Source of the DNA: an uncultured Actinomycetales bacterium | Lineage (GTDB): Bacteria > Actinomycetota > Actinomycetes > CAXTBU01 | Direction of reading: 5' to 3' | DNA length: 52,772 bases | Assembly (NCBI GenBank): GCA_964242885.1 | Contig: CAXTBU010000012.1 | Location: 1 to 52,772, forward strand | Shown: positions 1-7,715 of the stretch, one piece after another | Layout: every line of letters begins with the position of its first letter | Numbering within the stretch: position 1 is the stretch's first letter | Position numbers and translations under genes: made by a program | The notes under the pieces: generated by a model | What the model was told of the DNA's origin: nothing | Databases searched by the model: none | What the model saw: the letters and a program-made list of their open reading frames with translations, nothing else

Positions 1-1172
1 TGCGCGGGGCCGAGTTCGGGACCGTACGCGGCAGCGAAGGCGGCGAGGCGGGCGGCGCGGTCCGGCTCGTCCGGCCACCCCCACGAGGCGAGGTCGCGGG
101 TGGGGTGCAGGGGCACGAAGGAGTGGGCGGCGATCGCGAGGTCGAAAGCCCGGGTGGTCGGACCGGCGAGGTCCCAGTCGATGATCCCGACGACGTCGGG
201 GCCGTCGAACAGGATGTTCCAGGACCCGAGGTCGCGGTGGCCGATGAGCTCTGCGGGGTCCGGGACGGCGAGGGTGTCGGTCTGCCAGGTCTCGCCGGGC
301 GGCGCAAAGCCGATGGCGGCGTCGTGGACGGTGCGGATGGCGCGGGCGACGCTGACCAGTGCCTGCTCGGACCGGGCAGGGGTGGTCACAGGTGGGACGG
401 CCGCGGTCCCGGGCAACCAGCTCAGCACCTCCCGGCTGCCGTCCGGGGAGAAGCCGTGGACCCGCGGCGTCAGCGCACACCCGCGGCTCGCGAAGTGGTC
501 GAGCAGGGCGTGGACGTTCTCCGCGCCGCGGCCGGCGGTCCGGTGGACCTCGTCGCCACGACGGACCGGCTGAGCGAACCGGCCACCGGACAACACCGTG
601 TCGCGGTCTGCTGGAGAGGTTGGCGGCGCTGGATCGACGCCCAGATCGGTCGATGAGCGGAAGACTCGGAGCGGTGCCCCGTCGGTCGTCGTGACGGGTG
701 CGACCTCCAAGAACCCCAGGCGTGGCACCAACGCCACCGAGGCGGTGTTCGCCGCATCCACCCGGATCACCGCTTCCAGAACCTCTCGACGGGCGAGCTC
801 GCCGAGCAGGAGGCGGACAGCGCGGGCCGCCAGGCCCCGACCCCGGGCTGCCGGGTACAGGCCGTACGAGAGGTTGGCCGCCCCGGTTGGGACACCGTCG
901 GCCGGCGACACGTCGAACCGGGCTTCGACCATCCCGGCGAGCTGCCCGTTTGCGAGGTCCTCGATGGCGAGGACGAGAGCCGGTCCGCCCGATGCCCACC
1001 CGGCCCCCTGCGTGGCGATCCACGCCCGGGTGCCGGCGAGCGTGGAGGTCCCACCGGAGAGGAACCGGACGGTGGCCTCGTCCTCGCCCGCGAGGTGCAC
1101 GCCGGCGTCGTCGGCGAGGAAGGCCCGGAGCCGGACGACTCCGTCACTCAGGTCAGGAGTCCGTGCGGCCAT
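1..1172 (-). CDS. GNAT N-acetyltransferase fused in frame to an APH-type (aminoglycoside/choline-kinase fold) phosphotransferase; 3' end lies beyond the window
   Basis: My own translation of the minus frame from ATG 1172; the ORF is not in the track because no stop lies inside the window. It reads MAARTPDLSDGVVRLRAF...LYPAARGRGLAARAVRLL (GNAT acetyl-CoA motif)...PRLGFLEV, then a P/T-rich linker. It continues ...RRGDEVHRTAGRGAENVHALLDHF...LIGHRDLGSWNILFDGPDVVGIIDWDLAGP (HxDxxxxN and DxD kinase motifs). There is no stop codon between the two domains. Confidence 0.75.
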   Translation of the reverse strand, partial: MAARTPDLSDGVVRLRAFLADDAGVHLAGEDEATVRFLSGGTSTLAGTRAWIATQGAGWASGGPALVLAIEDLANGQLAGMVEARFDVSPADGVPTGAANLSYGLYPAARGRGLAARAVRLLLGELARREVLEAVIRVDAANTASVALVPRLGFLEVAPVTTTDGAPLRVFRSSTDLGVDPAPPTSPADRDTVLSGGRFAQPVRRGDEVHRTAGRGAENVHALLDHFASRGCALTPRVHGFSPDGSREVLSWLPGTAAVPPVTTPARSEQALVSVARAIRTVHDAAIGFAPPGETWQTDTLAVPDPAELIGHRDLGSWNILFDGPDVVGIIDWDLAGPTTRAFDLAIAAHSFVPLHPTRDLASWGWPDEPDRAARLAAFAAAYGPELGPA

Positions 1173-1249
1173 GGCTGTGAGTCTGTCGACAAGCGGCCCG
1201 GTCCGTTCCGGTATCGGCCGGACCGCGGGCCTGCGGGACGACCGTGCAC

Positions 1250-1825
1250 TCAGCAGCTGTCTTCTGCCCGCCCGCCACGCGGGCCGGCACAAGCGTCCCG
1301 CTGCGTGCTGGGGTCGGTCAGGGCATGTTCGATGTCGGCGAGGACCCGGTCGACGGGGTGGGTGGCGTCGACGAGGGTGCCGAGGTGATCGAGGTTCGCT
1401 TCGACAGCCGACCAGCAGGCGTCGACGCGGGCGCCGAGCCGGTCCCGCCCCGGCCGGGCGGCCTCCCGGGCGCGGACGACGGCCAGCGGGGCCCAGAGGG
1501 TGACGAGAACCGGCTGCGGTGCGCCCGGTGGCAGCGCGTCGCGGAACCGGTCGACGTGGCCGGGCTGTTCGACGATGTAGTCGATGACGATCCGGTCGAA
1601 CCCGGCGGCGAGGTGCACCCCGGTGAGTGCGGCCGCGGCGAGGTAGGTCAGTCCCGCGGGTCGCCCGGGCCCGCGGGTGACGATGAAGTCCCGCAGCGCG
1701 TCCCCGTGGATGCAGGTCCCGTCCGGGACGGCCGCGGCGAGCCGTCGGCTGATGGTCGTCTTTCCGACCCCGGCCGGGCCGTTGACCAGGACGACCTGGC
1801 CTCGTCTTCCGGTGGGCGGGTTCAC
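1250..1825 (-). CDS. P-loop NTPase/small-molecule kinase-like protein (AAA_33 / chloramphenicol-phosphotransferase-like)
   Basis: C-terminal part of track ORF 1250..2386. GTG at 1825 gives VNPPTGRRGQVVLVNGPAGVGKTTISRRL (Walker A). This GTG overlaps the TGA of the upstream GNAT gene (GTGA). The Arg/Pro-rich N-terminal extension in the track is a shadow frame. Confidence 0.7.
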   Translation of the reverse strand: MNPPTGRRGQVVLVNGPAGVGKTTISRRLAAAVPDGTCIHGDALRDFIVTRGPGRPAGLTYLAAAALTGVHLAAGFDRIVIDYIVEQPGHVDRFRDALPPGAPQPVLVTLWAPLAVVRAREAARPGRDRLGARVDACWSAVEANLDHLGTLVDATHPVDRVLADIEHALTDPSTQRDACAGPRGGRAEDSC

Positions 1826-2298
1826 TGCGCGGAGCCGATCGGGGCGGTCCACCACTGAGAGGCAGCGGTGAGCCCGGCTGCGGCCAGGGCGGCCTGCTTG
1901 GCGTGGTCGTGGTCGGCGACGACCACCTGGACGGCGCCGCGGGCAACGGCCCGGACGCAGAGCTGGCGGAGCAGGTCGCCGCCCGTGGTGGCCCACCGGG
2001 TGGCGTGGTCGACGGTGAAGTCGTCGACCGTGCAGGTCGGCCCGCCCGGGTCGTACACCGGGGGAGAGGGGTGGAGGACACCGATCGCGAACCCGACCAC
2101 GGTCTCGAGGTCGGTCGCGACGAGGCTGATGACGTCCTCGTCGGCGATCTGCCCAGCCAGGAAACGCCGATGTCGGTCGCGTGCGTCGGCCGCGGGGTGC
2201 CAGAACACCGGTTGGTGGACGGCCAGGTCGGCCCGCGCGGACGCCGCGAGCTCGACGACCGCCTCGACGTCCCCGGCGGTCGCGGCGCGGATCGTCAC
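1822..2298 (-). CDS. GNAT family N-acetyltransferase
   Basis: 158-aa ORF: MTIRAATAGDVEAVVELAA...VVGFAIGV...ATRWATTGGDLLRQLCVRAVARGAVQVVV. This is a typical GNAT layout. Confidence 0.8.
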   Translation of the reverse strand: MTIRAATAGDVEAVVELAASARADLAVHQPVFWHPAADARDRHRRFLAGQIADEDVISLVATDLETVVGFAIGVLHPSPPVYDPGGPTCTVDDFTVDHATRWATTGGDLLRQLCVRAVARGAVQVVVADHDHAKQAALAAAGLTAASQWWTAPIGSAQ

Positions 2299-2405
2299 CG
2301 GGACATCGTCGACCGGATCCGGGCCGGTCAGGTCCGCGCCGCGCGGTCGGTGCCGCCGCCGACCGAGCCGTCGTCCGCACTCGCACCGGTCAGATGGAAC
2401 CCACC

Positions 2406-2972
2406 TCAGCGCGGGACGCCGTAGCGCAGGAGCGCGACGTCGTGGATCGGTCGCAGTTCGAGCAGGTGCAGCCGAGACGGTGTCCAGTCCTGGGGGAACA
2501 GGCGGCGGCCCCGGCCGAGGGCGACCGGGTAGACGAACAGGCGCAGTTCGTCGACCAGGTGCTCACGAAGCAGATGGCTGGCCAGGGTGATGGAGCCGGT
2601 CAGCACGATGTCGCGCCCGGGGGCTTCGGTCAGTGCCCGGATCTCGTCGCGCAGGGCGTCGCCACCTCGCAGGACGCTGGTGCCCTCCCACCCCGGGTCC
2701 TGCAGGGTGGTGGACACCACGTACTTGGCGACCTGGTTGAGATGGTCGGTGACCCCGGTGCGGTCGTCGCGCTGCTGCGGCCAGAAACCGCGCATCTGCT
2801 CGAACGTGGTCCGCCCGACCAGGAAGCCGTCGGATGCCGCCGCGTGCTCAGCGGTGACCGCGGCCAGCGCCCGCCCTCGAGCAGAGTCCTCCGTCGGGTC
2901 GAACCAGGTGCCGTCGTTCTCGACCACACCGTCGAGGGTCGTGTTCTCGGTGACGACCAGTCGTCGCGTCAT
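2406..2972 (-). CDS. Dihydrofolate reductase family protein (RibD C-terminal-domain type)
   Basis: 188-aa ORF: MTRRLVVTENTTLDGVVE...FLVGRTTFEQM...DIVLTGSITLASHLLREHLVDELRLFVYPVALGRGRRLF. Confidence 0.85.
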   Translation of the reverse strand: MTRRLVVTENTTLDGVVENDGTWFDPTEDSARGRALAAVTAEHAAASDGFLVGRTTFEQMRGFWPQQRDDRTGVTDHLNQVAKYVVSTTLQDPGWEGTSVLRGGDALRDEIRALTEAPGRDIVLTGSITLASHLLREHLVDELRLFVYPVALGRGRRLFPQDWTPSRLHLLELRPIHDVALLRYGVPR

Positions 2973-3057
2973 GATCCACTCTCCGCCGACTCGTGAGCGA
3001 CCACCGCCATGCTCCGGGCACCGCGTTGGAACTCATACCCGGTCTCGACGACACGCG

Positions 3058-3103
3058 CACGCAATCGCGCTGACGTGCGGCACGCAATTGCGCTGACGTG
3101 CGG
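3058..3103. repeat. Two tandem 23-nt boxes (CACGCAATCGCGCTGACGTGCGG / CACGCAATTGCGCTGACGTGCGG), each palindromic (CGCACG-N12-CGTGCG across the junction); candidate operator
   Basis: Read directly. The copies at 3058..3080 and 3081..3103 differ at one base. They lie in the divergent intergenic region between the genes starting at 2972(-) and 3166(+). Confidence 0.55.
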
Positions 3104-3165
3104 TGAGAGGGGTGAGCGCTCGCAAACACCCGCAGAGCTGTCGGTCCGGTGCCTAGGGTCCGACT

Positions 3166-3876
3166 GTGCCGTCCCGACTGCTGGCCTTGACCTTCGACGC
3201 GGCCGATCCTGTCCGGCTCGCGGGCTTCTGGGCAGCCGTCCTGGACCGGGAGGTCCTCGACGACCCGCAGGGGTCGCTGCTGCCCGGGTCCGATGTCCAG
3301 CCCGGCCTGCGCTTCGTCGGGGGCGACGCCGGGAAGGTCGGTCCGAATCGGGTGCACCTGCACCTGACCAGCACCAGTCCCGCCGACCAGCAGCGCGTCG
3401 TCGCGGCGGCGCTCGAGCGCGGCGCCAGCCACCTCGATGTCGGACAGCTCCCGGACGAGGGACATGTCGTGCTCGCCGATCCCGAGGGCAACGAGTTCTG
3501 CGTGATCGAGCCCCGCAACTCCTACCTGGCCGGCTGCGGGTTCCTCGGTGAGCTCGCGTGCGACGGCACCCGTGAGGTCGGGCTCTTCTGGGCCGCGGCA
3601 CTGGGCTGGCCGCTGGTGTGGGACCAGGACGAGGAGACCGCGGTCCAGTCCCCGCACGGTGGAACCAAGGTCGCGTGGGGCGGCCCGCCGGTGGCGCCGA
3701 AGCACGGGAGGAACCGGCAGCGGTTCGACCTCGCCCTGCTCGACGGCGAACTGATCGCCGAGGTCGACCGGTTGGCCGCGCTGGGGGCGACCCGGCTCGG
3801 CAGCGCAGAGAACGGCTCCGTCGAGCTGGCCGATCCCGACGGCAACGAGTTCCGCCTCACGACGACCGGGCCGTAG
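3166..3876 (+). CDS. VOC (glyoxalase/bleomycin-resistance fold) family protein, two tandem VOC domains
   Basis: 236-aa ORF with GTG start. Two repeats follow the pattern ...[15 protein letters not shown]...[10 protein letters not shown] / [10 protein letters not shown]. Confidence 0.85.
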   Translation: MPSRLLALTFDAADPVRLAGFWAAVLDREVLDDPQGSLLPGSDVQPGLRFVGGDAGKVGPNRVHLHLTSTSPADQQRVVAAALERGASHLDVGQLPDEGHVVLADPEGNEFCVIEPRNSYLAGCGFLGELACDGTREVGLFWAAALGWPLVWDQDEETAVQSPHGGTKVAWGGPPVAPKHGRNRQRFDLALLDGELIAEVDRLAALGATRLGSAENGSVELADPDGNEFRLTTTGP

Positions 3877-3947
3877 CCGGCGTCGCCCACACCCATCCCC
3901 GCCCGCTTACCGGCTCCTGTCGAACGCCGACCCCACCTGAGTGCTGC

Positions 3948-4350
3948 TCAGGTGGTGCGCCCGTCGAGCAGATGCAGCTCGGCGTCGCAGGCAGCGGCGA
4001 TCGTCGGGTCGTGGGTGGCGAGTACGACCGTTGCGCTTCGGTCGTCCTCGGCTGGGAGCGCGGCGAGGACGACTCGGGCGGTGCTTCGTCCAGCTCGGCG
4101 GTGGGCTCGTCTGCGACGAGCAGGTCAGGGGTGACGACCAGCGCCCGGGCGACGGCGACGCGCTGCTGTTGGCCGCCGGACAGCTCCTCGGTGAGACGGT
4201 CGTCGAGATCGCCGAGTCCGGCCCGGACGATCGCGGTACGTGTCCGATCGGCGATCTCGGCCGGCGGCACGGCGGTCACCTGCAGCGCCAGTTCGACATT
4301 CTCGGCTGCGGTCAGCACCGGAAGCCACCGGAACGGGGTCGCCAGCAGCG
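3948..4350 (-). pseudogene. ABC transporter ATP-binding protein remnant: N-terminal (Walker A) part missing, internal frameshift
   Basis: Minus frame of track ORF 3857..4408 reads ...[19 protein letters not shown]...[32 protein letters not shown] (Q-loop, signature, Walker B). The expected continuation [45 protein letters not shown] is in another frame, shifted near 4081..4090, with stop at 3948..3950. Upstream sequence is replaced by the CRISPR array. Confidence 0.7.
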
Positions 4351-4355
4351 GTGAC

Positions 4356-5628
4356 GCCTCAATGAAGGGCAGCCTCGAAGAGGCTGCGACGCCCAGCGAC
4401 CCGGACATGACCAGCTTGGCGTGGAGCGGGGCTCAATGAAGGGCAGCCTCCGAAGAGGCTGCGACCCCGCCCGAAAGCTGACCGACGCGACCTTGGCGTT
4501 GTCGAAGCCTCAATGAAGGGCAGCCTCCGAAGAGGCTGCGACACGTCCACGACCGGGAGGGTCTGCTGGGACGCGCCGAGGCTGCCTCAATGAAGGGCAG
4601 CCTCCGAAGAGGCTGCGACGCCTCGACGTGGCCGACGATCGCGTCGGGCACGTCGAGCCTCAATGAAGGGCAGCCTCCGAAGAGGCTGCGACCGCGCCGA
4701 AGGTCATCGACCACGCGACCCTCGTCCCGGGACTCAATGAAGGGCAGCCTCGGAAGAGGCTGCGACCCTGATCCCGGTGATCGCCGCGAGGATGTTCGCC
4801 TTGCCTCAATGAAGGGCAGCCTCCGAAGAGGCTGCGACGAGACGCTGACCGCGCCGACGAGCGGCGAGGCCCAGCCTCAATGAAGGGCAGCCTCCGAAGA
4901 GGCTGCGACCCGTTCCATGCCCACACGTGCTCGTCGGCGGTCTCGCCTCAATGAAGGGCAGCCTCCGAAGAGGCTGCGACCTGACAACGAGCCGCTCGTC
5001 GGTCTCGTAGTCGAGGCCTCAATGAAGGGCAGCCTCCGAAGAGGCTGCGACTGGCCGCGGAGCAGCATCGCTGTCTGACACAGCCCGCCTCAATGAAGGG
5101 CAGCCTCCGAAGAGGCTGCGACCACCGCCCCCGTCCCCGGCGACCATGGGATCGGCCTGCCTCAATGAAGGGCAGCCTCCGAAGAGGCTGCGACATCCCG
5201 GAGTAGACGGTGCGGGCGGCGCTGAACGTGCCTTAATGAAGGGCAGCCTCCGAAGAGGCTGCGACTGCGCGTTCGGGGTCGGCGCGGTCAGGGTCCACAG
5301 GCCTCAATGAAGGGCAGCCTCCGAAGAGGCTGCGACCCCGTTTACGGTGACCGCGGCGACAGCCGGCGCACCCGCCTCAATGAAGGGCAGCCTCCGAAGA
5401 GGCTGCGACTTGTTGTCCGAGCCGCCGATGGTGAACGCGGTGTTGCCTCAATGAAGGGCAGCCTCCGAAGAGGCTGCGACCTGACCCCGGCGCACGTCGC
5501 CGTCCCCGCCGTGCCGTGCTCGCCTCAATGAAGGGCAGCCTCCGAAGAGGCTGCGACTGCACCCGCACCCGGGCGGGCTCGTGCTCGTCGTCGCCTCAAT
5601 GAAGGGCAGCCTCCGAAGAGGCTGCGAC
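4356..5628 (-). CRISPR. CRISPR array, 18 repeats of 36 nt and 17 spacers of 35-41 nt; transcribed-strand repeat GTCGCAGCCTCTTCGGAGGCTGCCCTTCATTGAGGC
   Basis: Repeat starts on the plus strand: 4356, 4430, 4507, 4584, 4657, 4731, 4803, 4874, 4945, 5016, 5087, 5159, 5230, 5301, 5374, 5445, 5522, 5593. The repeat contains the hairpin GCAGCCTC-TTCG-GAGGCTGC. Variant repeats are at 4356 (1-nt deletion), 4430, 4731 and 5230. The cas2-proximal end is 5628. Confidence 0.97.
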
Positions 5629-5810
5629 AGGGTCCCCAGGCTACCGGTGGTTGAGCAGCCCCCTGGTCGGCAGGGGCGAGCGCTCAGTCCGACGACACTC
5701 GCCAGGTGACCCTCACGGCTAGCTTGGCCGACGATGACCCGACTGACCTGTGGCAACAGTCGGCGAACGCTCGCGCGCGGCGGTCGGGCCGCCGGAGCGC
5801 TCGCCGAGCG
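5629..5810 (-). promoter_or_regulatory. CRISPR leader (between cas2 stop and first repeat)
   Basis: Assigned by position, and because repeat degeneration is concentrated at the opposite end of the array. No promoter motif was identified with confidence. Confidence 0.6.
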
Positions 5811-6107
5811 CTACAACACGATCGGGCCCTGCCCGAGCGGCTCGCGCCGTCGCCCGAGGAACTCGAACCGCCTACTGTCCACCGACGCCAGAGGCCCGAG
5901 ATCCGCGATGAGGATCGAGTCGGTGTCGCGGTCCATGAGCGCCTCCAGGGCCGTCCGAAGTCGGACGAGCTTCGCGGGTCTCACGTCGACGACGAACACG
6001 CTGTACTGGACTCGGTCACCGAACGACTCAAGGGTGTGCGCGATCCTCTCGCGCCGTGGGTCCGACGGCGAGTCGTAGGCCACGAGATACCGGCGCGTCG
6101 CCTCCAT
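5811..6107 (-). CDS. cas2: CRISPR-associated endoribonuclease Cas2
   Basis: 98-aa ORF: MEATRRYLVAYDSPSDPRRERIAHTLESFGDRVQYSVFVVDV... It lies immediately downstream of cas1. Confidence 0.95.
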   Translation of the reverse strand: MEATRRYLVAYDSPSDPRRERIAHTLESFGDRVQYSVFVVDVRPAKLVRLRTALEALMDRDTDSILIADLGPLASVDSRRFEFLGRRREPLGQGPIVL

Positions 6108-6108
6108 G

Positions 6109-7473
6109 TCAATGGATCCGGACCCCGACGTAGCGCGACTGCGAGCCGTCGAGAACGCCGAGCAGCAATCGAGCCTGGACCTCGACGGTGCGCCGCCACG
6201 TTGCCTCGTAACGGAACAGCGGGTGCCGGAAACGCTCTTGGACGCGGCGTTCGTACGCCTCGATGAGCGCCTTCCGCCCCCGATCCCGTAGGCTCACTGC
6301 TCCCATGACCGTCGAGAAATCCGCCAACCTCAGCTCGCCGTTGTTGACGGCTCGAAGCACCACCGACTCGGCGACCGGTGTCCGCAGTTCTTCCATCAGA
6401 TCGAGGGCCAGCGCCGGCTTGTTCCGGCCGGGCGAGTGCAGGAAGCCAGCATTTGGATCCAGTCCGCAGGCGACCACGGCACGGACAGTCTCGGCAAGCG
6501 TCATGGCGTAGGTGTAGTTGAGCGCCGCATTGAGAGGATCCCGCGCCGGGCGCCGCGTCCGGTCCCAGGCCGTCTGCCCGTTCTGTGTCCAGCCCGCCGG
6601 GATCAGTGCTGGCCATACTTCGAAGTATCGGGCAGCGGCGTCGCCCTCGATACCGAACAGCTCGGCGACCGACCGTGCGTTGACCGCATCCCGCGACAGG
6701 ACCCGCAGCCGCCTGACGACGTCAGGCGCAACGCCATGACGTCGGGCAAAGGTGGCCTGGTTGGCGATCTTCGCCACGACGAATTCCCGCGCTAGGTCGA
6801 GGCGACCGGTCGCCGAGGCGCCCACCTGCAGGACTCGCGTCGACCCGTTCGGGGATGAGCCGCTGGCCGCCCACCCGACCATCCGACCGCGGCTCGAGCA
6901 CCAGACGACGGTCAACCCGCGCCAGAGCAGTTCGCGCAGCAGCCCGGAGCTCAGGTCCACATTGCCGTGGACGACGACACCTTGGACACGCTCGAGCGGA
7001 ATGGAAGCGAGGCGCTCGCCCAGGTGTTCGGCGACGAGCCGACCTTGCCGGACCGCCGCCCGTGCACCCGGCGTAGCCAGGTGCACCACCTGCGCGTCCG
7101 GGTCCGCTACGAGGATGCGTCGAGCGACAGGCTCCAGAGCCCGCTCGTCGGGCAGACAGACCCCGATGTGCGAGCACCGGGAACATCGAGGGTCATCCTC
7201 CAACGGCGGAGGCGCCGCCTCACGTTCGATGGTCAGGCGGGTTGCCGCAACCTCGGCACGTGCCAGGTCGACGTCATGGTCGGTCAACGCCAGGTCGACA
7301 CGTTCCTGGTGGGTCGAGAACCAGATCGCCGCTCCGACAACCGGCTCGCCCATCTCGCGCAGGCACTCCACCTGCAGCGCGACCTGTACGCGCATTGCGG
7401 GCGTCACTTCGACCCGGCGACGAACAGGTGTGGCCTTCTGCTCGACGACAGTGAGTGATCCGTCACCCGCCAC
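6109..7473 (-). CDS. cas1: Cas4/Cas1 fusion, intact reading frame (C-terminal two-thirds of the Cas4 domain plus the full Cas1 domain)
   Basis: The ORF contains ...GDGSLTVVEQKATP (RecB motif III) and DDPRCSRCSHIGVCLP (Cas4 Cys cluster). Cas1-like sequence follows: ...VVHGNVDLSSGLLRELLWRGLTVVW...FGIEGDAAARYF...DPLNAALNYTYAML...NAGFLHSPGRNKPALALDLMEELR. Confidence 0.9.
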   Translation of the reverse strand: MAGDGSLTVVEQKATPVRRRVEVTPAMRVQVALQVECLREMGEPVVGAAIWFSTHQERVDLALTDHDVDLARAEVAATRLTIEREAAPPPLEDDPRCSRCSHIGVCLPDERALEPVARRILVADPDAQVVHLATPGARAAVRQGRLVAEHLGERLASIPLERVQGVVVHGNVDLSSGLLRELLWRGLTVVWCSSRGRMVGWAASGSSPNGSTRVLQVGASATGRLDLAREFVVAKIANQATFARRHGVAPDVVRRLRVLSRDAVNARSVAELFGIEGDAAARYFEVWPALIPAGWTQNGQTAWDRTRRPARDPLNAALNYTYAMTLAETVRAVVACGLDPNAGFLHSPGRNKPALALDLMEELRTPVAESVVLRAVNNGELRLADFSTVMGAVSLRDRGRKALIEAYERRVQERFRHPLFRYEATWRRTVEVQARLLLGVLDGSQSRYVGVRIH

Positions 7474-7715
7474 CTCGACGGTGTCGCACCGTCCAGTGAG
7501 ACCGAGCGCGCGTCACTACGAACCTCCAGGGCCCGCCGAACGGTTGTCCGTGAACCGGACGGGTCGTCACTGGCCCGGTGCGCGCGCAGGCCGATCTCCA
7601 CCTGTCGGGTGTCGGTCTGCTCGCCTTGAACCTCCAACCATGCCCGCCGTGGACAGAAGACGTGGTGGGCGACCAAGCCGATCGGGATCTGCCCCTCGTC
7701 TGCCGGTGTCGTCAT
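7404..7715 (-). pseudogene. cas4: Cas4 N-terminal fragment, out of frame with the rest of cas4/cas1
   Basis: ATG 7715 overlaps the upstream stop (ATGA). MTTPADEGQIPIGLVAHHVFCPRRAWLEV...RRALEVRSDA is Cas4-like up to ~7510, then becomes junk. The expected continuation LGLTGRCDTVEVAGDGSL is in the frame of ORF 6109..7473. Confidence 0.8.

Noticed and set aside
4359-5756. About ten 60-100-aa ORFs on both strands in the track (e.g. ...SLFGGCPSL..., MKGSLRRGCD...)
   Set aside because: They are translations of the CRISPR repeat reiterated every ~72 nt, not genes.
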